From: Candidatus Peribacter riflensis
GTDB taxonomy: Bacteria; Patescibacteriota; Gracilibacteria; Peribacterales; Peribacteraceae
Reading direction: 5' to 3'
Assembly: GCA_001430755.1 (NCBI GenBank)
Contig: CP013062.1
Location: forward strand, 1,110,001-1,142,000
Length of the DNA: 32,000 bases
The position numbers and the translations under genes are program-made. Numbering within the stretch: position 1 is the stretch's first letter; each line of letters opens with the position of its first letter. This document shows positions 1-8,216 of this stretch, one piece after another. Under the pieces are notes generated by a model. It did not search any database. It was not told the origin of the DNA and saw nothing but the letters and a program-made list of their open reading frames with translations.

Positions 1-1060
1 TGCCTGCGGCAAATTCCACGCCGCCGATCTGCCTGCCCCTGACCTCTTTCACGCCGAGCAATTTCTGCCGTATCGCACGGGCGTCAGTCCCCTCCGGCGT
101 TTCGATGACACTCACGACAGACGCTCTCTTTGCCGGTTCCACCGGATTGGTGAAACCGATCTCCTCCAGACCCGCCTCCAGAGCGCGCTGGTTGATGGCA
201 TGTTGGTTGAACATGTGCGGCAGATTGCCGTTGGCGCGATCCATGGTCATCTGCAGCGCTTTTCCCAGCGCATAGATATTCTGCACGCCCGGGGTCGCAT
301 GGTAGATGCCCTCGTTCCAATAGCGCATGTTGGATTCGAGATCGAGGTACAGGCTGCCGGGAGGGCATCCCTGCCGTCTCCGTTCCTGAATGCGTTCCAT
401 GGCAAGAGGCGAGACCGTAAACGGAGCCGTTCCCGGAGGGGCATTCACTCCTTTCTGGGAGCATGCGGAGACATACGCCGCCTGCCACGCGTCGGCACAC
501 ACCGGCGCTCCGCCCAGAGCACACACTGCATCCACGCACAGCATGACACGGTAGCGGGTTGCGATGGTGCCCAATCGGACGAGGTCTGCGCGCGGGATCT
601 CTGTGCCCGCCGAGGTTTCGATCTGCGCGACAAACGCAGCCGAGATGCCCGCCTCTCCGTATCGGGCAATCGTTTCTTCAAAGCGATTGGGATCCACGGT
701 CTGTCCGAATTCCGTGTTCATCTCGATGATTTCTTTGGGATATCGCCTGCTGATCATGTCGCCGATGCGCCCACTGAAGAAGCCCGAATTCACGTACAGC
801 GCCCTGTCTCCGGGATGCACGAAATTCATCACGCCTGCCTCGTTGCCCCCCGTTCCGGAGCAGGTCAGTGCCCCCGTGTGCTTATTCTCGGTGCCCATCA
901 ATACACGGAGCAGTTGCTGCACCTGGTGGCATTCTTCCAAAAAATCCGGGTGCGTATGATTGAGTGTTTGCCGCGCCACCGCTCCCCGCACGTCCGGATG
1001 GATGCCGCTTGGTCCTGGTGTCAGCTGCAGAGTATCGGGCGTTTTCCGTCTGTGACTCAT
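1..1060 (-). CDS. Class V PLP-dependent aminotransferase (serine-pyruvate / alanine-glyoxylate type), 3' end cut by the window edge
   Basis: Missing from the ORF track because it runs off the window. The reverse frame is open from ATG (rc of 1058-1060) to position 1. My translation reads MSHRRKTPDTLQLTPGPSGIHPDV...CSGTGGNEAG...MLCVDAVCALGG...SACSQKGVNAPPG. It shows the class V aminotransferase layout and the SxxQK PLP-lysine motif. The listed + ORF 200..1144 is its antisense shadow. Confidence 0.8.
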   Translation of the reverse strand, partial: MSHRRKTPDTLQLTPGPSGIHPDVRGAVARQTLNHTHPDFLEECHQVQQLLRVLMGTENKHTGALTCSGTGGNEAGVMNFVHPGDRALYVNSGFFSGRIGDMISRRYPKEIIEMNTEFGQTVDPNRFEETIARYGEAGISAAFVAQIETSAGTEIPRADLVRLGTIATRYRVMLCVDAVCALGGAPVCADAWQAAYVSACSQKGVNAPPGTAPFTVSPLAMERIQERRRQGCPPGSLYLDLESNMRYWNEGIYHATPGVQNIYALGKALQMTMDRANGNLPHMFNQHAINQRALEAGLEEIGFTNPVEPAKRASVVSVIETPEGTDARAIRQKLLGVKEVRGRQIGGVEFAAG

Positions 1061-1183
1061 AGAAGAAGCGAGAAGCCCAAGTGGTGGAGAGTGGGCCAGT
1101 GTCTGTTCTTCCTCTGGGGGAGTCAAGGAATCGCGAGCTTTTAGCCCACACTGCGCATCCTCCCGTAGTACACTTCCACACCA

Positions 1184-2578
1184 GTGAAACGTTCTGAGCT
1201 CCTCTTAGGCCTCCTTCGACTCCCCGTCGATGCTCTGGCGGTCATGGCGGCGCTGTTGCTCGCCTACCGGCTGCGCGAGGCGCAGATGGATCTCATTCCC
1301 GGCGTGCAGCTTCTGGAGCCGGCAACCACGCTTCCCGCGCTCCCCTTCTACGCAGACACATTCGTGGCGCCGAGTGTGGGTGCGTTCCTCCTGCTCTCGG
1401 CGGTATTGGGTCTCTATGCGTTACGCTCGACCAAGAGCGCCTGGCGCGAAATGGGGAATGTCATGATTGCCTCGCTGCTCTGGCTCGTGGCAGTGGTCGC
1501 ATGGTTCTTCTTCGTCGAGAAGCAGCTTTTCTACTCCCGCATTCTTCTCTTTCACGCCGTCTTCTTTCTGGTGGCATTCAGCATCACCGGACGGACGACG
1601 CTCGTTCTGCTCCAGCGTTCCCTGCTCCGGCTTGGCATCGGCGTGCGCACCGTCGTGTCGGTGGGCAGGCATTCCATCACTGCTCTCGCACGCCACACAC
1701 TCGAGCATGACGCGCACTATCGGTACGTCGGGCACCTGGAGGATCTTGCCGGCCTTCGCCGTCTCTCATATGAGCCCGTGATCGATCTCGTATTGCAGAC
1801 GGATCCCAATCCGGACAGCGAAGAGACCGTGACGCTCATCGATTTCTGCCGCAGCCATCACATCGGCTACGGGTTCTTCCCTCCTGTATTCTCTGATGTT
1901 CCGCACCAACTCAGAATCGAACGGCTGGGCATGCTGCCTATGATGCGCTTTCAGCCGACGCCTCTCGATGGCTGGGGACGCGTGGTGAAGCGGGCAGGAG
2001 ATATCGTCGCGAGCGCCGCACTCCTGATCGTCCTCTCCCCCCTTCTGTTATTCCTTGCACTGGGCATTCTGCTCGATAGCGGATGGCCGGTGTTCTTCGT
2101 TTCGCCGCGCGTGGGTGACTTTGGCCGTCGCCGGATTCCAATGCTCAAGTTTCGCTCCATGGTGTGTGATGCCGAAGCGCAGAAACAAGAGCTCGTGCAC
2201 CTGAGCCATCGCAGCGACGGTCCGCTCTTCAAGATCAAGTGCGATCCCCGCGTGACCCGCTTCGGGCATTTTTTGCGTCGCTGGTCGTTCGATGAATTGC
2301 CACAGCTCCTCAATGTGCTGATGGGGCAGATGTCCCTCGTGGGTCCGCGTCCGCACCTGCCAGAAGAGGTGGATCGGTACACGCACATTCAGCGGCGCGT
2401 CTTCGCCGTGCGTCCGGGCATGACGGGGCTCTCACAGGTGACGGGCCGCAGCTCCCTCCCCTTCGACGAAGAGGTGAGGCATGATCTGCAGTACGTGGAA
2501 GAGTGGTCACCGCTCCTGGATTTGTGGATTATGTGGCGGACGATTTTTACGGTGCTAAAGAGGGATGGGGCGGAGTGA
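1184..2578 (+). CDS. Polyprenyl-phosphate sugar phosphotransferase (bacterial sugar transferase, WbaP/CpsE-like)
   Basis: 464-aa ORF with a GTG start. It has N-terminal TM helices and a C-terminal sugar transferase domain (PRVTRFGHFLRRWSFDELPQLLNVLMGQMSLVGPRP...GMTGLSQV). TACACT at 1169-1174 lies 9 nt upstream of the start. Confidence 0.85.
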   Translation: MKRSELLLGLLRLPVDALAVMAALLLAYRLREAQMDLIPGVQLLEPATTLPALPFYADTFVAPSVGAFLLLSAVLGLYALRSTKSAWREMGNVMIASLLWLVAVVAWFFFVEKQLFYSRILLFHAVFFLVAFSITGRTTLVLLQRSLLRLGIGVRTVVSVGRHSITALARHTLEHDAHYRYVGHLEDLAGLRRLSYEPVIDLVLQTDPNPDSEETVTLIDFCRSHHIGYGFFPPVFSDVPHQLRIERLGMLPMMRFQPTPLDGWGRVVKRAGDIVASAALLIVLSPLLLFLALGILLDSGWPVFFVSPRVGDFGRRRIPMLKFRSMVCDAEAQKQELVHLSHRSDGPLFKIKCDPRVTRFGHFLRRWSFDELPQLLNVLMGQMSLVGPRPHLPEEVDRYTHIQRRVFAVRPGMTGLSQVTGRSSLPFDEEVRHDLQYVEEWSPLLDLWIMWRTIFTVLKRDGAE

Positions 2579-2582
2579 GGCA

Positions 2583-2647
2583 GCTGGTTAGCCTGTTCGC
2601 TTGTTAGTTGGTTAGGTTTTTCTATATAAGCCAACAAGCTAACCAGC
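2583..2647. repeat. Inverted repeat between convergent genes (possible bidirectional terminator hairpin)
   Basis: Arms 2583-2600 (gctggttagcctgttcgc) and 2630-2647 (gccaacaagctaaccagc) are complementary at 16 of 18 positions. The AT-rich loop contains ggttaggttttt. No U-tract follows the stem, so terminator function is uncertain. Confidence 0.4.
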
Positions 2648-2654
2648 GAAGAAG

Positions 2655-4928
2655 CTAGAACAGCCCCATCTGCGGCTCGCCCGCCTTTGGCGCATCTTGT
2701 TCCGCGTTGCCGAATCGGCGTAAGTACGCCATCGCCCGCTTGCCGTAGGATTTGGTCTTGAGCCGGTCGTCAGTGACGAGCACCTCGCCCTGGAACGTGC
2801 GGTGACGGCAGAACGTCCGCAGTAAGCGGAACAGCCGGTGTTCCAGCCGCGGGAGGAAATAGTCCTCAAACGCATTCGGATAGTGCGCGGCGCGGCGCGA
2901 GAGCACGGTGTGCGATGGATGATCGAAGGGGAGTGAGGCGATGATCAGGCGGTCCACGATTTCGGCAGGCAATTCAACATCCTCGTATCCCCACGGCGTT
3001 AAGAGCCACAGGGCCGGAGCAGGTGCGGCCAGAAACTCCGCCGTCATCCGCTCCAGTCCCCCGCTCAAATTCTGGCAGATCATTTCTACCCCCTTCTTTT
3101 CCAGTTCTGCCGTGTACTCCACGTATTTCTCTTCAATGATGCGCCGACTGCCGACGAGCACGACGGATTTTCCGGGCGGGGGGTTTCTCAAAAGATCATC
3201 GAGCGCCAGATCTGTGCGGATGGAAAGCGGGAGGGTAAAGGGCGGAAACGGTGTTGCGGCGGGCAGATCGGTGGCAGGAAGAATCTCACGCAGCGTCGCA
3301 CTGCTTCCCGGCGGAATCGTGAGGATCGTCGGGTGTGCCTCGTACAGGAGTGACGAGAGCAGCGGACCGATACGTTCCGGCACGGATTGAACCGATTGGC
3401 TGCCTCCCTGACGCTGCTCGATCCATGCGATGCGGCGTGCGAGGAGTTCGGGGGTGAGGATACGATCCAGATCCATGAGGTCGCGGCGCGGTAATTCCGG
3501 CAGGGTTTCATCCGAGATGAATGGGACGATTCTCTCTCTGAGCACACGCGCCTCTTTGGTCTCGAGATCCTGACTCGTCAGGTAGCGCACGTCCTGAAAC
3601 GCACGCACGCGCTCGATCCACAGCTGGAGGAGATCCAGAAACCCCGTGAGATCCGCCCTGCCCTCTGCGGCGGCACGCAGGTGATCCAGCACCGCCTGCC
3701 ACTTGAATGCCCTGGTGGCAGTATCTTCGAGCATGGAGACGTCGGTGATGAGGATGCGGGTATTTGGCGAGAGGGCGCGATGTCCGGGGTGCTCAGGATT
3801 CGCAAGGATCGAAAGAAACTGCTGGTGATCAATGAGGACGACCGAAGGCGTATTCTGGAATTGCCGGTGGTAGGTTTCTGATTGATTGGTGCAAGCGAGC
3901 TTGCCGTACCACACGGCGCGCTCCTCACCGTGCACGGGCAGGTCACGGTGGGCAGCAGGACGGTACCAGCGCACCTTCACGGCGAGCGTCGCCTCGTCGG
4001 AGGTGAAGGATGGCTGCAGGAGCAGGGCCTCGGCCGCATCGGGATCCAGAAGCAGAGCGGCGGGCATGAGCACGCGTGATTCCCCTTCAGGCAGAGTGAG
4101 CCCGCGCACGCTCGCTTCCAGGTTTTTCACGATGATCCACGTGGGGTCTTTGGCAGCGAGGGCGGTATCGACGATGCGTTGCAACGTCTGAGGTGCGAGG
4201 GAATCTTCGATGAGCGTGACGCCAGATTTTTGGCTCTCCGGCAGGCTCACGCGGTCACCGGCGGCCTGCTTCTTTCCGCGCGTTGGCCGCGTGCCCGAGA
4301 GCATCCACTTGGGTCGTTTGGCTGCAGGCACCGTCGGCAGCACTTCGGCCAGACGCCGGTACCCCGGGGAGCTTAAGGAAAAAACTTCAAAGAGCGCGCG
4401 CAATTCATCCGGCGGGAGTTCCTGCAGGCGTTCCCAGCACTTTCCCAGAAGTTCTACGGTGGCGTGCACGTCTCCGAGCGCCCGGTGTACGGGGTCATGG
4501 CGGAGTTTTAGAACCGCACTCACATAGCCAAGCGAGTAGCTGCTGAGCTCGGGAAACACCAGTGATGCGAGCATGGAAGTATCGATCCACGCCCGTTCCG
4601 AGAGGTCGATGCCCTCCCCTTTCAACATGCGGATATCGAAGCCCACGTTCTGTCCGACGATCAGTGTGTCTGCGCCGATTTTGGATTCGATCGTGGCCCG
4701 CACCTGCTCGAACGACGGTTTGCCCGTGAGCATCTGCGGCGTGATGTGCGTGAGCACCTGCACGGTGGGCGGAACATCCTCGGGAATGGAAATGAGCGTC
4801 TCAAATTCCTCAGCCACTTTTCCATTCTCCATGCGTACCGATGCAAATTCGATCACGCGGTTCGCGCGGGGCACGAAGCCCGTTGTTTCGGTATCGAGGA
4901 CGACGAAGGGCAATGAAGGAAGGTGCAC
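2655..4928 (-). CDS. DinG-like protein: N-terminal DEDDh 3'-5' exonuclease fused to a Rad3/DinG-type helicase scaffold with degenerate ATPase motifs
   Basis: 757 aa with a GTG start. Exo motifs are VVLDTETTG, GQNVGFDIRML and HRALGDVHAT. The C-terminus resembles DinG Helicase_C_2 (LIIASLPFDHPSHTVLSRRA...NAFEDYFLP...VLVTDDRL). No GxxxxGK[ST] is present, and the DEAH position reads LIDHQQ. Confidence 0.8.
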   Translation of the reverse strand: MHLPSLPFVVLDTETTGFVPRANRVIEFASVRMENGKVAEEFETLISIPEDVPPTVQVLTHITPQMLTGKPSFEQVRATIESKIGADTLIVGQNVGFDIRMLKGEGIDLSERAWIDTSMLASLVFPELSSYSLGYVSAVLKLRHDPVHRALGDVHATVELLGKCWERLQELPPDELRALFEVFSLSSPGYRRLAEVLPTVPAAKRPKWMLSGTRPTRGKKQAAGDRVSLPESQKSGVTLIEDSLAPQTLQRIVDTALAAKDPTWIIVKNLEASVRGLTLPEGESRVLMPAALLLDPDAAEALLLQPSFTSDEATLAVKVRWYRPAAHRDLPVHGEERAVWYGKLACTNQSETYHRQFQNTPSVVLIDHQQFLSILANPEHPGHRALSPNTRILITDVSMLEDTATRAFKWQAVLDHLRAAAEGRADLTGFLDLLQLWIERVRAFQDVRYLTSQDLETKEARVLRERIVPFISDETLPELPRRDLMDLDRILTPELLARRIAWIEQRQGGSQSVQSVPERIGPLLSSLLYEAHPTILTIPPGSSATLREILPATDLPAATPFPPFTLPLSIRTDLALDDLLRNPPPGKSVVLVGSRRIIEEKYVEYTAELEKKGVEMICQNLSGGLERMTAEFLAAPAPALWLLTPWGYEDVELPAEIVDRLIIASLPFDHPSHTVLSRRAAHYPNAFEDYFLPRLEHRLFRLLRTFCRHRTFQGEVLVTDDRLKTKSYGKRAMAYLRRFGNAEQDAPKAGEPQMGLF

Positions 4929-4967
4929 ATCCCGATACTAGAGCGGGGAGCCCTCTGCTGCCAGCAA

Positions 4968-6173
4968 TCAACCCTGTGCCACTTCTTCTGTCGGCTCTTT
5001 GTCCGAAGCTTCGGCAGGAGCAGCTTCCTCCTGGGGAGCTTCTGCAGGAGCGGACCCTGCGAGTGCTCCTTCTCCTTTGAGCTCGGCCAGTTTTGCTTTG
5101 AAGGCCGGCAATTCCTCGTAGTTGTACATATCGAGTTCGTAGCCTGTGAGCTCGGTGGCCAGGCGGATGTTCTGCCCCTTCTTGCCGATGGCCATGGGGC
5201 GCTGTGCCTCTTCCACGAATACGGCTGCGCGTTTCTTGATCCGGCGACCGGCATCATCGACACGTTCCTGATCGTTGACGATGATCACGGCCGAGATGGA
5301 GGCCGGTTGCAGGGCAGTCGAGATCAGTCTGATCGGATCATCCGACCACTCGATCATGTCCACCCGCTCGCCGTTGATCTCTTCCATCACCGCCTGAATG
5401 CGCACGCCTTTCTGACCCACGCAGGCCCCGATGGGATCGATGCGCGGATCGCTGCTCGAGACGGCGACCTTGCTGCGGAAGCCCGCATCCCGCGCGATAG
5501 CCCTGATGGTGACATCACCGTTACGGACCTCGGGGATTTCGAGCTCGAGCAGTTTGCGTACCAGCCCCGCATGCGTGCGCGAGATTCTGAGCTGCGGCCC
5601 CTTGCCGGTGAGCTCCACTTTATCCAGGTACACGCGAATGCGCTTGCCGGTGTAGTAGTGCTCGCCCGGAATCTGCTCCCTCCACGGCAGGCTGACAGCC
5701 ATACCCTCGATTTCCAGTGTCACCCAGTTGGGCTCCACTTTGGTCACGGTTGCGGTGAGGAGCTCATTCTCACGATCCTTAAACATCTCGTACAGACTCT
5801 GCTTCTCGGCTTCCTGCAATTTCTGCAGGATCACCTGCTTGGCGGCCTGTGCGGCGATGCGCCCGTAGCCGACAGGCGTCACGTCGATGGTGATTTCGTC
5901 GCCCACGTCAGCATCAGGTTTCACCTTGCGGGCATCTTTCACGCTGACTTCGAAGTTCTCGTTCTCCACGCCTTCCACCACCTCTTTCACCAGGAGGATC
6001 GTCGGCTGGTCTTTGCCTTCCTCCAGATCCACGCGGATTTCCTGTTCCTTGTTGCCGTAATCCTTGCGGTAGGCGGTTGCGATGGCCTGCTTCACAGCTT
6101 CCAACACCTGTTCCGGGCTCACGCTTTTCTCGGCACAGATCTGATTGATGGCTGCGATGAATGATGCGCGCAT
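4968..6173 (-). CDS. nusA: Transcription termination/antitermination factor NusA
   Basis: The ORF 4968..6305 contains the NusA N-terminal, S1 and KH domains (IAAINQICAEKSVSPEQVLEAVKQAIATAYRKDYG...GACVGQKGVRIQAV...AIGKKGQNIRLA). The conserved N-terminus begins at the internal ATG (rc of 6171-6173). The upstream 44 codons look non-coding. There is an acidic, Ala-rich C-terminal tail. Confidence 0.9.
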   Translation of the reverse strand: MRASFIAAINQICAEKSVSPEQVLEAVKQAIATAYRKDYGNKEQEIRVDLEEGKDQPTILLVKEVVEGVENENFEVSVKDARKVKPDADVGDEITIDVTPVGYGRIAAQAAKQVILQKLQEAEKQSLYEMFKDRENELLTATVTKVEPNWVTLEIEGMAVSLPWREQIPGEHYYTGKRIRVYLDKVELTGKGPQLRISRTHAGLVRKLLELEIPEVRNGDVTIRAIARDAGFRSKVAVSSSDPRIDPIGACVGQKGVRIQAVMEEINGERVDMIEWSDDPIRLISTALQPASISAVIIVNDQERVDDAGRRIKKRAAVFVEEAQRPMAIGKKGQNIRLATELTGYELDMYNYEELPAFKAKLAELKGEGALAGSAPAEAPQEEAAPAEASDKEPTEEVAQG

Positions 6174-6322
6174 GGAGGATGGGGGAAAGCAGGAGCACCC
6201 CTTCGTGGGTGCGCTGCGGGAAATCACCGTTCCGCTATAACGGAACAGTGTGGATCTACCATCAGGATACATAAACATCATACTGCTGTTTAGGGCTTGG
6301 TGCAAGCTGCTACCATGGCGAT

Positions 6323-6748
6323 ATGGGTACCGTACTCGTGGCTGGCGTTCTGAGCGCCGTTGCCAGCGGCGTTGCAGCCGTTCTGGCCGATCGCCTCCTT
6401 TCGGAGCGCATTGCCATTTTCGGATCTTTCGTCGGGCTGGAACGCTCTTTCAATCCCGGTGTGGCCTTTGGTCTCACCTTCGTTCCGTGGCTTCAGATGG
6501 GGCTCATTCTGGTCGCGCTCCTTGCCGTCGCAAGCATGGTGCGCACATCGCAGGGACGCCTGCAGCAGGCGGCATTCGGGCTCATTCTTGGCGGTGGTAT
6601 CGCCAACCTCATCGACCGCCTTCGCGACGGCTTTGTCACCGATTATTTTCAAGTCGGAACATTCCCCATTTTCAATGTGGCGGACAGTTTTATTACCATT
6701 GGGGTATTGATGTTGATGATGGAGCTTGTTCTGAAGAAGAGGAAGTAG
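6323..6748 (+). CDS. lspA: Lipoprotein signal peptidase (signal peptidase II)
   Basis: 141 aa, multi-TM, with the motifs NPGVAFG, GGGIANLIDR and FNVADSFI. TACCAT at 6311-6316 lies 6 nt upstream of the ATG. Confidence 0.9.
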   Translation: MGTVLVAGVLSAVASGVAAVLADRLLSERIAIFGSFVGLERSFNPGVAFGLTFVPWLQMGLILVALLAVASMVRTSQGRLQQAAFGLILGGGIANLIDRLRDGFVTDYFQVGTFPIFNVADSFITIGVLMLMMELVLKKRK

Positions 6749-6823
6749 GAACAATGAATGACGAAGGAGGCGAAGAGATAACCCACGTTTTATTCCCTAT
6801 TCTTTATTCATAATTCATACTTC
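6742..6823. repeat. AT-rich imperfect palindromic intergenic element (diverged copy of the heptad-repeat family)
   Basis: The left arm 6742-6770 (GAAGTAGGAACAATGAATGACGAAGGAGG) starts inside the last lspA codons. The right arm is 6791-6823 (rc GAAGTATGAATTATGAATAAAGAATAGGGAATA). Arm complementarity is only about 65-70% by hand. It shares the 13-mer ATGAATTATGAAT with the element at 18094-18170 and the 8-mer GAATAGGG with 10632-10639 and 20204-20211. Confidence 0.5.
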
Positions 6824-6881
6824 AATTACCTTCATAAACCGCTTCCACTTCCCATCCCTTCGAGGTTACACTGTCGCTCTC

Positions 6882-8207
6882 ATGGATATCCGTTACCGCG
6901 TGCGCGGCGGAAACCCCCTCCGCGGCGATATCACCATCAGCGGCTCCAAGAACGCGGCGCTCCCTCTCATTGCGGCGTCGGTGCTCGCCAGTGGCGAGAC
7001 CGTGCTCCACAACGTGCCCCGGCTGCGCGACATCACGGTGATGCTGCGGATTTTAGAATTCCTCGGCGCCGAGACTTCGTTTCAGGGCAACACCGTTCGC
7101 ATTCGCACCCACAAGCTCCAGAACCGGCGTATTCCCGTCGAACTGGTTTCGAAACTCCGCGGTTCGATTGTCCTCTTAGGTCCCCTGCTCGCACGGTTCG
7201 GAACAGTGGAGATGGCATATCCGGGAGGATGCGTACTCGGCAAGCGGCCGGTGTACGCACACATCGCCGCGCTGGGACAATTGGGGGCGAAAGATCGCAG
7301 CACGGATGAGGTTCTGCACCTCGAAGGAGAGCTCAAGCCCGGCCGCGTGATCCTGCCGGAGTTCTCGGTGACTGCGACGGAAAACGCGGTGATGGCGGCG
7401 GCGTTGGTCGACGGAGAAATACGCATCGATCTCGCCGCAGCGGAACCGCACGTGCAGGAGGTGGAGAAAATCGTGGCGTCTATGGGGGCGCAGGTACAGG
7501 GAATCGGCACGCACGCCGTCCTGATCCGGGGCAGGAAAAATTTGCAGTCCCCCACGCACACGGTCATTCCCGATTATCTGGAGGCAGGGGCGTTCATCAT
7601 TGCCGCCCTCGTCACGAAGGGCAAAGTGCGGCTGCACGGGGCGGATCCCGAACATCTCATTTCTTTTCTGAGTGTGCTGAAGCGCATGGGCGGGATCGTG
7701 CGCGTCGAGGGGGATGTGCTCTTCGTCGACGGGGAGCTCTCGATGCTGCAAGCGCAGGAGGTGCGCACGAATATTTTTCCGGGGTTCCCCACCGATCTGC
7801 AGGCCACGATGGGCGTGGCGATGACGCAGGCCAAAGGAGTCAGCCGGATCTTCGAGCGTCTGTTCGAGGGACGGATGGCCTACTTGTACGAGCTGGAGAA
7901 GATGGGTGCCCACATTGAGATCCTCAATGCGCACGAGGCGCTGATCATCGGTCCGACGGAGTTGCGTGGCCGCGTCGTTTCGAGTAACGACATTCGTGCC
8001 GGTGCAGCGATGGTGCTGGCCAGCCTGTGCGCTCGCGGAGAGACCATGGTGACGGATGTGCGCTACATCGAGCGCGGCTATGACCGTTTCGACGAGAAGC
8101 TTAAATCTCTGGGAGCGGATATCGAGAAAATCTCCGTCGAGGAGCGCAAGGAAGAAGAGGGAGAGACGGCTGCGCCCCGCCCCGCCCCGTTGACGGTCGC
8201 CGGGTGA
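6882..8207 (+). CDS. murA: UDP-N-acetylglucosamine 1-carboxyvinyltransferase
   Basis: 441 aa: MDIRYRVRGGNPLRGDITISGSKNAALPLIAASVLA..., with the active-site loop YPGGCVLGKRPVYAHI (Cys retained). TACACT at 6867-6872 lies 9 nt upstream of the ATG. There is a short acidic, Pro-rich C-terminal extension. Confidence 0.95.
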   Translation: MDIRYRVRGGNPLRGDITISGSKNAALPLIAASVLASGETVLHNVPRLRDITVMLRILEFLGAETSFQGNTVRIRTHKLQNRRIPVELVSKLRGSIVLLGPLLARFGTVEMAYPGGCVLGKRPVYAHIAALGQLGAKDRSTDEVLHLEGELKPGRVILPEFSVTATENAVMAAALVDGEIRIDLAAAEPHVQEVEKIVASMGAQVQGIGTHAVLIRGRKNLQSPTHTVIPDYLEAGAFIIAALVTKGKVRLHGADPEHLISFLSVLKRMGGIVRVEGDVLFVDGELSMLQAQEVRTNIFPGFPTDLQATMGVAMTQAKGVSRIFERLFEGRMAYLYELEKMGAHIEILNAHEALIIGPTELRGRVVSSNDIRAGAAMVLASLCARGETMVTDVRYIERGYDRFDEKLKSLGADIEKISVEERKEEEGETAAPRPAPLTVAG

Positions 8208-8216
8208 TCTGCGAGT

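Noticed and set aside
200-1144. 314-aa + strand ORF, the longest listed ORF in the first kilobase
   Set aside because: Its composition (rich in His, Arg, Asp and Leu, with no motifs) is typical of the antisense frame of a GC-rich gene. The opposite strand encodes a clean class V aminotransferase that is open to the window edge.
4923-6164. 413-aa + strand ORF overlapping nusA
   Set aside because: It is the antisense shadow of the well-supported NusA gene and has no recognisable domains.
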